This document shows, one piece after another, positions 51,526 to 64,000 of a stretch of DNA of 64,000 bases. The position numbers and the translations under genes were made by a program. The number at the start of each line of letters is the position of its first letter. The first letter of the stretch is position 1. Origin of the DNA: Octopus sinensis. Taxonomy: Eukaryota. Location: positions 41,106,001 through 41,170,000 of the forward strand of contig NC_043014.1 in the NCBI RefSeq assembly GCF_006345805.1, written 5' to 3'. The notes beneath the pieces were generated by a model. The model was not told where the DNA came from. It was given only the letters and a program-made list of their open reading frames with translations, and made no database searches.

Positions 51526-51944
51526 TAAATGAATATAAATATATATATTTATAAAATGTTAATGAAAATATATCTACACAAAACATCTGCAGAAACATAG
51601 ACCAAACTTCATCATGTTTGTCCATTTTTCCATCGCTTTTATTTTGTATCTCAATTAATCGTATATTACTTTTATTGAGTGTGTTAGTTTCATCGCAAAC
51701 ACACACAAACAGAATTTTCTTATCTATCCATTTACCAATATTAACTGTGTGTGGCTGTCCTACAATCACACAAAAGTAACGAGCTGTCATGCTAACTGCA
51801 GCAAAAAGCAACTGTTTTTTCATTCAGATTCCATCCTTTTGGTAGCATATTACTGCTGAAATACACAGTCATTGTTTCAATCGATTTTGAAAATAATGAA
51901 GGAAAATAATATTGTCATTATTAGGTTGGCGTTTAGGGTTTGGC

Positions 51945-52396
51945 GCAAGCGTTACTGTGTGGTAAGAAGTTTTCTTCTCAACCACATAGGTCTGGGTTCA
52001 GTCCCACTGTGTGGCACCTTGGGCAGATGTTTTCTACTATAACTCTCGGGCCGACCACAGCCTTGAGAGTGGATTTAGTAGACAAAAGCCCGTCGTATAT
52101 ATATATATATATATATATATTGTTTTTACTTGTTTCAGTCATTTGACTGCGGCCATGCTGGAGCACCGCCTTTACTCGAAGGAATCGACGCCAGGTATTA
52201 TTCTTTGTAAGCCAAGTACTTATTCTCTCGGTTTCTTTTGCCGAACCGCTAGGTTATCGGTACGTAAACACACCAGTATCGGTTGTCAAGCGATGTCGGT
52301 GGGGACGGGGTGGGGGCAAACACAGAGACACAAACACAGAAACACAAACACATACACACACACACATATATATATACATATATACGACGGGCTTTT
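51945..52396. mobile_element. Two family A halves in opposite orientation (plus-strand head 51945-52095, minus-strand tail 52120-52396)
   Basis: Homology to family A, joined at a TA tract. Confidence 0.75.
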
Positions 52397-53188
52397 TCCT
52401 TCCCCGTAGCTTGCAGGCTTTTTGCCAGAATTTCAAACCAATATTTATTAAGAGAACAAGTAATACCAACACGATAAATGTTTGCTATTTAATTCTCAAG
52501 TAAATAAAATGCAAATATTTAAAATAAGATTTAAAAAAAAAATTATTCATTTGCCGTCAATTTAAAAGGAACAGAAAATAATATCGAACTTCAAAACAAA
52601 CCATTTTGTTTTTATAATAAAGTTATGTTAGAAAATAAGTGTACTTTACTTTCGTTTCATTCCTTTAGCTTTATCAAATTATTTCCACTCCGAAACACTG
52701 AATATTTCTTATCGCGGCAGAATAGTAATGCACCTAACTGTTTGCATTTTACTGAATTGTCTAATGCCAAAGCAATATCCCGAAATAAATTGATTTTTAT
52801 TTGATAGATACATAAGATGTTTGTCACTTGAGAAAATAAGGTATTTCCTTCTTATTAAAAGTAAGCTCGTTTTTGTGTCGATATTAATGATAGAAAAATA
52901 CGTTCGCTATCTTTACCTTAAAGATTTCTCCTAATGCGCGCTTCAAACTGTGACAACTAAACTAGAATTTTTAATGAAAAGATTACGTTGAAAAGCCAGT
53001 CCATTTCGGAAATGTAGAATTAGAATATTCGCATAAGACGCATGGGTAAAAGAACAGCTGAAGCTTTCGTATAAAAATATGTTGTTTCACGTTTGTAACA
53101 ATTGACACGAGATTAAACACGTGTCAAATATTCTGAATGGATATTATTATAATGATATACGAAAAAATAATAAAAAAAGACAGAAAAT

Positions 53189-53226
<38 letters not shown>

Positions 53227-53734
53227 ATTAATAGTCAGACTTCGGTTCTAGTTAATACCCAATCCTCAACAGAACTGATTTTCTTGAACATTCATTTTCA
53301 CATGAAAGATCAACCAAGATATACCATACATAATTTTCGTCTTTTCGAAGTAGTTTGATTCCTTTCAGGCAGTACGCTACACTTCCTCCCGTAGATACTT
53401 TATGAAAATAAATACATTATGAAGTAAAAATATCTAACCATGTCTCGACAAGATCAAAACTATTTCTAGTTATTATTAACTTAGTTAATTTCAATGATTG
53501 CGTGTGATATACGATTGTATCTCTCTGTCTACCAGTCTGTACCAACTTCCTTCCTGTTTTCTCTTTATTTTTCTTCCCAGCAGTTAAAAAATTGTGTGGA
53601 CGTGTATACACATATTCAAGAATAATGTGAAATCTTCAGTAAATACCCGTAAGAGATCCAAAAGAATTATATTCGAAAGTCACGTCAAGTATGCTGTCAT
53701 TATCTTGTATGTGTAGTTTATTAATTCTTTATGC

Positions 53735-53938
53735 TATAGGCACAAAGCCTGAAATTTTGGGGAGGCCATTAGTCGATTACATCGACCCAAGTGCGTAACT
53801 GGTACTTAATTTATCGACTCCGATAGGATGAAAGGCAAAGTCGACCTCGGCGAAATTTGGACTCAGAACGTAGTGACAGACGAAATACTGCTAAGCATTT
53901 CGCCCGGCGTTCTAACGTTTCTGCCAGCTCACCTTCTT
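53735..53938 (-). mobile_element. SINE family B
   Basis: Homology to the family B monomer. Confidence 0.8.
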
Positions 53939-54004
53939 ATTTGTAGTTTATTAATGAGACTGCGAATTGGTATTTTAATTGTATTAATATAAATGAAGCG
54001 TTTA

Positions 54005-54215
54005 GGGTGGCGAGCTGGCTGACCTGTTAGCTCGCTGAGTAAAATGTTTAGTGGCATTTCGTCCGCCCGTACGTTCTGAGTTCAAATTCCACCGAGGTCG
54101 ACTTTACATATCGGCGTCGATAAAATAAATACCAGTTAAACACTGGGGTCGATGTAATCGACTTAACCCCCTTACCCCGAAATTGCCAGCCTTGTTCCAA
54201 AATCTGAAACCAATA
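54005..54215 (+). mobile_element. SINE family B, inverted relative to 53735-53938
   Basis: Homology to the family B monomer. Confidence 0.75.
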
Positions 54216-54313
54216 TTAATGCAGTGTTCATTGTCAGATATATAAGAACTTATTTTAGATGCTGATTTCGTTCTTTCGATAGGTGCAAAAATAATTCTTG
54301 CGAATATGCAGAG

Positions 54314-54923
54314 CAGCGTGTCTCAAACGGGGTTCCCCGGTATCTTAGGGTTCCGCAGAAGGTTCCTAGGGGTTCCGTGAGAAAGAGTGAGATAAGCTAA
54401 GGCTCATTTCAGTATATACATATATATGATACTAGCAGTATCGCCCGGCGTTGCTCAGGTTTGTAAGGGAAATAACTATAAAGCATTTTTAGAGAGTTAT
54501 AGCCAAAAAATAGAAAAAAAATGATGGTAAATTTTTTTTCAGAGTTAAAAAAGGTGGAGTTGCGTTCCCTAGACGGTCTGTGGTTTGGGTTTCTGATTCT
54601 CGACCCCATGTCGAATTTATCGATTTTTTTCAGAACTGGGGGAACTTTTCAAAATTTTCGCTGCGTTAGTTTTGAATTATGACATTGGGCTATGTGTGTG
54701 TCAAGTTTCATCAGAATCGGTTGAAAGCCGTGGTCAGAGTGAGGGTACGAGAAAACAGACACACAGAAAACGCACAGACAAACTGCCGTTTATATAGAGA
54801 GAGATTTACGACGTGAATTACGATGAGATAGATATGGTATATAATTTCTTTGTGCAGGGGTTCCTTGAGACATATGATTTATTTTAAGGGTTATGCAAGG
54901 GGAAAAAAGATTGAGAAACACTG
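54314..54923. mobile_element. hAT-like MITE interrupted by a Helitron-like element
   Basis: TIR CAGCGTGTCTCAA / TTGAGAAACACTG; degenerate 8-bp flanks ATGCAGAG and GTGTAGAA. Confidence 0.55.
54431..54805 (+). mobile_element. Non-autonomous Helitron-like (Lep1/HINE-type) element
   Basis: Starts ACTAGCAGTATCGCCCGGCGTTGC and ends AAGTTTCATCAGAATCGGTTG...ACAGACA..TTTATATAGAGAGAGAT, the architecture of Lep1-type elements. Confidence 0.6.
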
Positions 54924-55570
54924 GTGTAGAAGGACGGGCACTAATATAAATTATTTATTCACTTGAAACGATATTACGCCATATTTAACCTAGCGCGATT
55001 TGAAATCACAAACAATAGTAAAATACCGAACTAACAATAGTAAGATATCTTGGTCTTTACGTTCCTAGTTCCCTCGTGGAGTTCAACTTAGCCTTTCATC
55101 CTTTCGAAGTAGCTAAACATGTATTGGGTTTGATTTCATTGAGTAATCTCCTCCCTAATTTCCTGGCCCTCGAGCACGATAGTAAGAGTTATTGTAAGGA
55201 AAAAGTTTTAGTCTTTGATCAGCAAGTTTTATATTCTTAGTCTTTATTTCAGCTTAGTTCGACGAAATAGGTACCAGTAATATACTGGGTATATATATTT
55301 CAATAAAAATTATTGTTTTAAATCACTACTCTCGTACTTATATTTGTATATTTGAAATTGATGAAATTATGGAATGTGTAGCTCTGGCCGTGTAGTTAAG
55401 AAACTCGCTTTGCAACCACGCAGTCTCGGGGTCGCTCCCACTCCGTGACATTTGGCGCGGGTATCATCTATTATTGCTTCGACCGACCAACGCTTTATGA
55501 ATAAATCTGTTAGATGGAAACTATTAAGGCCCGTCATATCTCTCCCTATATGCATATATATATATAGGTA

Positions 55571-55850
55571 TACAAGCAAAACGCCCCCCGCTGAGTTGTC
55601 CGACCGTCCCATTTTGTGGCATTATTTCAAGACTTTTTTGCTGATGTACTTGCGCGTACAAATGCACGTTCCCACGGCTTTATTGATCGCATTCTCACCT
55701 GGAATCGATTTTAGTAACTTTTTCGAGACTTATACACGCCCTGATACCGTCGGTATCTACATATCAAATTTGAGCGCAATCGGATGGAGGATGCCCGAGA
55801 TCCTAGAAGACACACACACAGACAGACAGAACGGATTTTATATAATAGAT
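55571..55850 (+). mobile_element. Second Helitron-like element, inserted in the central microsatellite of a family A SINE (55375-56060)
   Basis: 3' end CAAATTTGAGCGCAATCGG...ACAGACAGACAG..TTTTATATAATAGAT; SINE halves lie on both sides. Confidence 0.5.
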
Positions 55851-56586
55851 ATACACACATACATGATATGTGTTTTTTTTCAGCAAACCGCTCGACAACC
55901 AGTGTTCGCTTGTTTACGTTCATGCAACTTAGCGGCCTAGCACATGACACCGATAGGATAAGTATCAGACTTAAGAAATATGTACTGGTATCGATTAGTT
56001 CTGTTAAAACCCTTCGTATCGGTGCCCCAGTTTGGCCACATTCAAAGACTTATAAAGTAAATGATAGAAGATAAAGTGATTATTTAATAATGTTTCTGTT
56101 ACCAACAATTTTGTGATTTGACGAAAACTAAATTTCATTCCTCATTTGCATCAGAAAATTAAACTGTAATCTAAATTTCAGAGATCAAAGTCACTCATTG
56201 ATTTTAAGTCTCATTATATAAGACAGCTGTTTGGCTGAAATTAATTTCTCTTTTGTTTATGATGTTACACATCGACTGATATAAATATTGATAGTACAAC
56301 GACTCACTTAAATTGGCATATAAAATATTATTAAATGGAAGTCAACAATGAAATGAATATGATAGACGCATACAGAATTACGTGAATGTTAATGATTTAC
56401 AATATGGCTAGAAACACTTATTTTTCAACTAAGATACACTTTATCCACGCATCGACCCAAACAACAATATTTTCAATCATCGAAGAAACGTTTGTTTAAT
56501 GCATACAGGATTAAAATATAATCACGTTAATTACCTATAAAGATTAATGCCGATTAAGCTTACGTTAATTAGAAGAAAAATATTGC

Positions 56587-57003
56587 GGATCTTTTCGGTT
56601 TAAACGACAGTTTTTTTTTGCGGTGTCATATGAAATTGTCACCCATAATTATGACCCTAGTATCGATCTATTGCATTTCAATCTGTTTTAGTGTAAGGGT
56701 TAGGGGTGGGAGGAAGGGTATCTTTTTTTCTTCACTAATGTAAATAAACCCAATCTGTTTCTTAAACGAGGGACATATTCATACGGCACAGAATGTGTTT
56801 TACATCAATAGACGTCAGTGATTGGTTGAAATTGCAAAAATTGAAGATAAAAAACAACAAATATCTTACAAACTATAGAATTTTCTCAATAAAGCCAAGA
56901 GAAAAAGATGTTTTATAAACACATTCTACCAGTATACAAAGATTAAAATTTTTCAGTTACCTTGAAATTATGTTAAAAACTGCCCTTCAAACCGAAAAGA
57001 TCC
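56587..57003 (-). mobile_element. Merlin-like MITE copy 2
   Basis: Reverse complement of 46675-47106, with both TIRs. Confidence 0.85.
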
Positions 57004-57299
57004 AAGATACACTTTATCCACGCATAGACCCAAACAACAATATTTTCAATCATCGCAGAAACGTTTATTTAATGCACACAGGATTAAAATATAATCACGT
57101 TAATTAACGATAAAGATTAATGCCGATTAAGCTTACGTTAATTAGGAGAAAAAGATTGCATCTAATTTAATGAATTTTGAATTTATATAAAGATCGTATA
57201 ACCTTCGCTATTGCTGCAGGCATACCAACGTCACAATACATGTACCGTTTTCAGAGTGCACATAGGAGAACCTTTCGATATATCGCCTACGTACATAAA

Positions 57300-57711
57300 T
57301 TTCGGTTTGAACGGCAGTTTTTAACATAATTTCTAGGTAACTAAAAAATTTTAAACTTCGTATACTGGTAGAATGTGTTTATGAAACATCTTTTTCTCTT
57401 GGCTTTATTGAGAAAATTCTATAGTTTGTAAGATAGTTGTTGTTTTTTTTCTTCAATTTCTGCAATTTCAACCAATCAGTGACGTCTATTGAGGTAAAAA
57501 GCATTCTGTGCATATGAATGTGTCCCTCGTTTAAGAAACAGATTGGGTTTATTTACATTTGTGAAGAAAAAAAAGATACCCTTTCCCCACCCCTAACCCT
57601 AACTAACCCTAATTAACCCTAAAACAGATTGAAATGCAATAGATCAATACTAGGGTCATAATTATGAGTGACACCGCTAGAAAAAACTGCCGTTCAAACC
57701 GAAAAGATTCC
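57300..57711 (+). mobile_element. Merlin-like MITE copy 3 (left TIR tip missing)
   Basis: Homology to 46680-47106. Confidence 0.85.
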
Positions 57712-58104
57712 ATAAATGTATCTAAGCGGGTGGGGAATGGGTAAGTAGGGAAAAATGAGTACTTCCTGATTTCTCGTTATTTTTCCTACCTGTTTGAAAC
57801 TAACCGTTGAATTATCTTTGGGAATAAAAATTGGTAAACATTGTTGTTGAAATTGAGCGAACTTGAAACATAGTCAGGTGCCAGGTACCTTTCTTTTTTT
57901 GCAAGAAATTTTTCCTTAGTTTTGATCCGATTGTAATTGAGGGTGCTAATAAAATATCTGGATAATTTTTGGTGTTTAACAAGCAAAATTCTTTTTCCGT
58001 TGGATTCCAAGTCAATTTTTTTCTATGCCACTATCTAATTTGATAATTTTCAATTTTGTTTAAAATGATGTCTAAACAGGAACAAAACGAATAAAACTTT
58101 CTAC

Positions 58105-58281
58105 TATAGGCGCAAAGCCTGGATTTCGTGGGTAGGGGTATTGTCGATTACATCGAACTCAGTGTTTCACTGGTACTTAATCTATCGACTCCGAAAGGAT
58201 GAAAAGCAAAGTCGACCTCAGTGGAATTTGAGCTCAGAACGTTGCGACGATCGAAATACCGCTAAGTATTTTGTCCAGCGA
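58105..58281 (-). mobile_element. SINE family B, diverged
   Basis: Body homology. Confidence 0.7.
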
Positions 58282-58863
58282 AATGAATAATGGTTAATAT
58301 CAACAATATGTTCGTTTTAACTGCGTAGTGCGTTAATATGTCAGGAAGCGAGCCACTCTAGTAGATCGTGAAGAAACTAGAAAATATTTTACGTTCAGCT
58401 TTTATATTTAGTCGAGTTTCGTTAATGTCATACGATGTGGTATTTTCCCAAGACCCGCCTTCATTTAACTTTGGTATTTAAAACTTTTGTTGCGTTTCTG
58501 CTCTTTCTGATGTCTATGAGTCTTTTTTCAAATGTATTTCTGGAAAATTGAAGAAGGAAAATTATTTTATTTTTTCTTACTGATTTTGCCCCACCTAAAT
58601 TTGCCATTTGCACAAAGAGAATGGAGATAATTTTCTGAAATTGTGTTTATATGTAATATAATGTCTTTAATGCATTTAGAGAAGGTCGCCTGCTTAGCTG
58701 ATACAAATTTTGTAAGGTAGTGAACATTTATAAAACATATCTGTTTCTGAAAGTCCAAGGTACAGAAGATATTGCTCATTGTGCCCACCTTTTATCAACA
58801 TTTTAGTATTCATGAATATAATTTCTATTTATTTCTTGCATTTGATATGGTAACGTATAGAAG

Positions 58864-59230
58864 CGTGGCGAGCTGGCAGAACCATTAGCATGCTGGGCAG
58901 AAAGATTAGCGGTATTTCGGCTGCCGTTACGTTGTGAGTTCAAATTCCGCCGAGGTCGACTTTGCCTTTCATCCTTTCGGGGTCGATAAATTAAGTACCA
59001 GTTAAGTACTGGTGTCGATATAATCGACTTAATACCTATGTCTGTCCATGTTTGTCTCCTCTATGTTTAGCCCCTTGTGGGTAATAAAGAAATAGGTATT
59101 TCGTACGTCTTGATGTTTTGAGTTCAAATTCCGCCGAGGTCGGCTTTTATCCTTTCGTGCCAATGAAATAAGTACCAGCCGAGCATTGGGATCGATGTAA
59201 TCGACTTATTCCCATCCCAACTTGCTGGCC
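58864..59230 (+). mobile_element. SINE family B dimer
   Basis: Full monomer followed by a second body unit. Confidence 0.8.
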
Positions 59231-59422
59231 TTACGCCAAAATTTGAAACGAAGGTATGGTAAGAATGGAAAATACTTAAGACTGGCATTGGAAAACTCTT
59301 CTGGTATGAAGTAAAATAACAGGAAAATCAAAGAGCGGTACTCTTTCAAAAATTTGAACATTAAACTTTTTCATTTCTACATCTTTCTATTTTCTTTACC
59401 CTCTCTTTATCTATCTATCTAC

Positions 59423-59510
<88 letters not shown>

Positions 59511-59604
59511 GGAAGGTTTATGAAAATAAACAAAAGACGAAGGCAGGGGGAGTACAAACAAACAAATGTATTAGTATGGCGCTCAGGAATATAAATAAAA
59601 CAAG

Positions 59605-59643
59605 TCTTTACGTTTCGAGCCTACGCTCTTCAACAGAAAGATA
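59605..59643 (-). ncRNA. Minimal hammerhead-like motif (core variant CTGTTGA), probably inactive
   Basis: TCTTT-CTGTTGA-A-GAGC-GTAG-GCTC-GAAAC-GTA-AAGA in a ~205-bp TA-flanked element (59510-59716) related to 27663-27834. Confidence 0.55.
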
Positions 59644-59713
59644 CACAGAAAAGAAACACAGAAAGAAACAAGGAGAGAAAAAAATGCGTGCAGAGGCTAG
59701 CGAATCAACATGG

Positions 59714-59779
<66 letters not shown>

Positions 59780-60365
59780 CAATAGCTAGACACACACACG
59801 CACACATATATTTTGCCCGGTGCGTTAACGATTTTTCTAGTTCGCCGAAGCTAGTATGTATGGCTGTTAGGCTATGGATTAATATTAGGGTGACTGGTAC
59901 GTAAAACAAGACAAAACAGATATTTATTGATGAAAGGACACGCTAGCGCTTGTAGAACCAAACATATAATAAAACTGTGCTTAGCTGCAGCTTCAAGTCT
60001 TACCTGTCTAGAAGCTTGTTTGAGAAAACCTTATATCAGGTGGAATTTGAACTCACATTCAAAGTATGTGCGTATGTATGGATGCATTTATGTAGTATAT
60101 ATGTATGTGCAACCACCACAAATATACATATATGTATGAAATCTCATTGTTTCACCCTATTTTTACATCTCTGCACGTTTATATCTATGTATGAATAATA
60201 TATATATATATATATATTGAAATAGATAAATGAATTATCTTATTACGGATAATTCAAATGATAACCGATACCTGGGTAGCAAAAATCACAACAGAAAAAG
60301 TACGGTTGAAGTTATGACCATGGGGCATAAAAACCGTGCCTTAGTGCGGAAATTAATATAAAAAC

Positions 60366-60451
<86 letters not shown>

Positions 60452-61644
60452 ATATATATATAGTATGTATATATATATATACAGAGAGAGAGAGAGAGAG
60501 AGAGAGATTTGTATATATGTATTCAACTTCATTTAATTCGCATTTATTTGTGTTATATACTACAATGAGCTGCAAAGATAGATGAGGGCAATAGAGTTAG
60601 AAAGTAAGTGGTTCTTCTTTTCCAATTCCATTTCTCCACCAGAAAGTCCAGTATTTTACTGGCACCATTATCTTGCAATAAACGGTATCCTAATGTCAGT
60701 TTTATCGTTAGCCAAAAATTCATTTGAATTCCAGATGAAAAAGTAAAAAAAAGAAAATGTATGTCTAATAAAACAGTTCTTTTACTCCCTTTACCATAGA
60801 TTTTTGTTATTTTATTTATTAAATATCTATATAAGAAAATCATTTTGTGTGGTCATTCATTTTAGATAGTTGAATCCACACCATTATTGCTGAAAAGGGT
60901 AAGGAATAAATTAGATTTAGGGAAGGCAGAACACCAGAAAATTAAAAACAAACAATAAGATGGACATATAAAAATATAAAACGAAGGACATCCAAAAATA
61001 ATAATGCAAAATAAGCAGTATTTATCTGTGTGTGGCCATTTCAATCGATAGGGTGACTGTTCAAGATATATTTTAAATCTAAGGAAAAAAACAAACAAAC
61101 TACCTCCGTTTCAGTGATCGATAAATCATTGACGTTGACATGGGAATAAAAGCGTGTATCGGCTGCTGCAATGAATTTCTCAGACAAATTGTAATGGAAA
61201 CGAAAGAACGAAAATAGTATTTATAGTAGAAAGTGAGATAAAGACAGGAAAAGGTTGAAACAGCATGAAGTTTTATAATGGAGACAATGAGGATTTAGAA
61301 TCAACCAAGAGAACTGCAGAGAAAATACAGTCATAATGTTCATGATTTAGTTCTTTTATATAACGATAAACGTAAGACTGAGTAGAACCAGGTATCGGCT
61401 GGTATTTGTAACTTGTCACATTGTTTGGGGAATTGAACGTACGCTGCAGATAAATGTTTGAGAGACATAGCTCTCATATATATATTGAGTATAAAATCGC
61501 TTATCATAACATATGAATCCCTAGAAATGGTGTTTCTCCTAAACGTTTATTTAAAAAGTATGAGATTTAAGACGGAATCGGAACATGTGTCGTCATGCGA
61601 CAAAAAAAAAGACACTTTTATCTTTTGACTTCTTTCCATCGTTG

Positions 61645-61970
61645 AATTGAATTGAGGCCATACTGGAACACCGCCTTGTAGTCTAGGTCAAGCAAGTAAA
61701 CCCCATAACCCCAATAGTTATTCCATCAGTGTCTTTTGCCGAACTGCTGGGTTACGTGGAAATAAACAAAGCAGTACCAGCACAAAGACACTCATGCGCA
61801 TATGCATGCACGCCTATGCATACAAGCTCACATATACTCATTTTCATTACGGGATTATGAGATTCCACACCGTGTGCATCAACCAAATTCATTCGCAAAG
61901 CATTGGTCATCCGGTTGTAAAGTAGACGGTACTTGCCCAGCCTAAAGTGCCGCACTGTTGACGGAAGCGG
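61645..61970 (-). mobile_element. SINE family A, strongly diverged
   Basis: Residual GGCCATACTGGAACACCGCC and TCTTTTGCCGAACTGCT motifs. Confidence 0.6.
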
Positions 61971-62599
61971 TAACCGCGCAGTTGCGAAACGAACTTAATT
62001 ACACAGCCAAGCTTGCGTCGATTCTATTCCTTTATGACTTAAAATCAAAATAGCTGAATGGATATACTTTTGTCAGACTCATTGAACGTATCTCATTTTA
62101 TCGAGAAAGACTGGTGAGCACATCAGACTCAAAGCCAAAGCAACAGAGCTTGTATGAGAGTGCCAGCGATTACCTGAGTGGCTGAAAGAATACCAAGACC
62201 TTGCAGTGCCAGCTGAGTTAGCCTATGTTCAGTCTATAAAACATAGCAAGAAAGGGTCGCTTTTCCTTTGGCTTGCTACTGCCGAAACTGTGGAAACGAA
62301 AGGCCTCTTTCTTTTTGTTTTAATTTATATCACTTGAATAAATGAATACATGCGACTAAACATATACAAGCATTATTAGATGGATATCCATTCTCCCAAG
62401 TTTATCTGAACTTCTTTATTCGCCCATGAAAGGCATATATAGAAGGTACAGAACAGGGATGGGGACGAAACAAGCACAGTCTTACAGAGGGTTGGGGTTA
62501 CAATCATTTGAAATTTGGATGAAATCGGAATGATAAATCGAAAAATGAAAATGCCATTAAAATAAAAAAATAAAAAATGCAATTAAAAATATAAACAGA

Positions 62600-63480
62600 T
62601 TATATAGTCCACGGGTTTATTTTTAACCCGCTGGTTTTTTTCCCTTTTTTTTCCTTTATTGCTTTTTCCCTTACTTTCTTCTTTTCGTTTTGATCAGCTA
62701 CACTAGCACGGCCCCTTTCATACTCACCTTTCTTTCCAGAGTTTTCCATCTTTTTGCGTACACACTCTGAGGCAGGTACTTTTTCTCCAGGCAGATCTTT
62801 CTTAGCAGGTGGAAATTAAAATAACTTAAACCCACAACTGGAGACAAAGTGGCTTGTCTCAATCCCTTTCGCACGTGCCGTCCATACTGTATCTTTCAGT
62901 ATGGCTACTACGCAGAGAAAAGATGCCTTCCTTTCCTTGTTAAGGGAGGGAGGCGGTACTATCTTAACAATGGACTCTGTCGAGAGCCGTCCTCTTTCTG
63001 CATCCGACATCAGTTGTTCGACAAAGGCTATCAACTCCCTCAGCTCCTTACAGTGTACGAAGGCGTGCGCAACATTTTCACTGACTTAAAATCAAAATAG
63101 CTGAATGGATATACTTTTGTCAGACTCATTGAAAGTATCACATTTTATCGAGAAAGACTGGTGAGCATTTAGAATCAACCAAGAGAACTACACCTCGGGC
63201 ATGTGGGGGCGGTGTCAAAACCGTGTCTGGACAACCTCTCTCGAACCGGTAAGGTCGATCGGTAGCACAACCAGGCCAAAGATTTCTGGCAGTTATCCAG
63301 ATACCCCGGCCCGAATGTCCTTCCGAATAGACCGGTCAGTCATCGAAATCTAGAGTCTTCCCCAGGATGTCATCGAACTCATACTCTACCAACCCTTTAT
63401 AAAAATCCGCAGGGGTAGCCTCGCCGCCGGTATTGCTCGCTCGGGAGAACAGTGAGTGCTGTCCCAAGTTCATCTGACTT
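62600..63480 (-). mobile_element. L1/Tx1-clade LINE 3' remnant (ORF2 CCHC region), interrupted by filler DNA
   Basis: DNCQKSLAWLCYRSTLPVRERLSRHG...CPRC [insert] ENVAHAFVHC...RLSTESIVKIVPPPSL...FLCVVAILKDTVW...AKRW. Confidence 0.82.
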
Positions 63481-63629
63481 TCGACATGTCTTGTTTTCAG
63501 TCCTCCATGATATACATATATTCACACATACATAAATACACACATGCAAGTCCACAAACACACACACACGCATGCGCACGAGAGAGAGAGAGAGAGAGAG
63601 AGCCTGCATGTGTGTGCGGAAGAGTAAGG

Positions 63630-64000
63630 GGATCATTTCGGTTTGACCGGCAGTTTTTAAAAATAATTTCCACGTAACTAAACACTTTTAAACTTCGTAT
63701 ACTGGTAGAATGTGTTTATAAAACATCTTTTTCTCTTGGCTTTATTGAGAAAATTCTATAGTTTATAAGATATTTGTTGTTTGTTTTCTTCAATTTCTGC
63801 AATTTCAACCAATCAATGACATCTATTGAGGTGAAAACATTCTGTGCCGTATGAATATGTCCCTCGTTTAAGAAACAGATTGGGTTTATTTACATTTGTG
63901 AAGAAAAAAAGATACCCTTCCCCCCATCCCTAACCCTAACTAACGCTAACTAACCCTAACCCTAAAACAGATTGAAATGCAATAGATCGATACTAGGGTC
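63630..64000 (+). mobile_element. Merlin-like MITE copy 4 (runs off the window)
   Basis: Left TIR GGATCATTTCGGTTTGACCGGCAGTTTTT plus body homology. Confidence 0.85.

Noticed and set aside
62077-63160. Mutually exclusive duplicated exons (RLIERISFYRERL / RLIESITFYRERL)
   Set aside because: The second copy is part of filler DNA inside a Tx1 ORF and both differences are nonsynonymous. It is kept only as a remark in the filler finding.

Overview
This is AT-rich, microsatellite-dense animal genomic DNA, intronic or intergenic in character. The repeat complement (tRNA-derived CORE/V-domain SINEs, TAA-associated Dong/R4-like 3' ends, Tx1, RTE, CR1-group, Penelope, Tc1/mariner) points to an octopus or other coleoid genome; this is inferred from repeat content only. 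I recognise no intact host gene. Most ORFs in the track are microsatellite or SINE translations, and only a few low-confidence candidate exons remain. Recognisable protein-coding remnants are all from transposons: a Tc1 transposase, two mariners, a Penelope RT-thumb plus GIY-YIG, CR1-group, two RTE fragments, Dong/R4 and Tx1. The most notable feature is a 2.6-kb array at 31976-34587 of ~558-bp units, two forward followed by three-plus inverted, between TA microsatellites. Each unit carries a type I hammerhead-ribozyme fold (CUGAUGA...GAAAC-GUAC-GUU/), resembling a retrozyme or Penelope pLTR multimer that could release ~550-nt monomers. At least five other dispersed hammerhead-bearing or hammerhead-remnant elements occur in the window, including one with the same unusual mismatch at the base of stem II. 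All RNA folds were assigned by eye and are untested.
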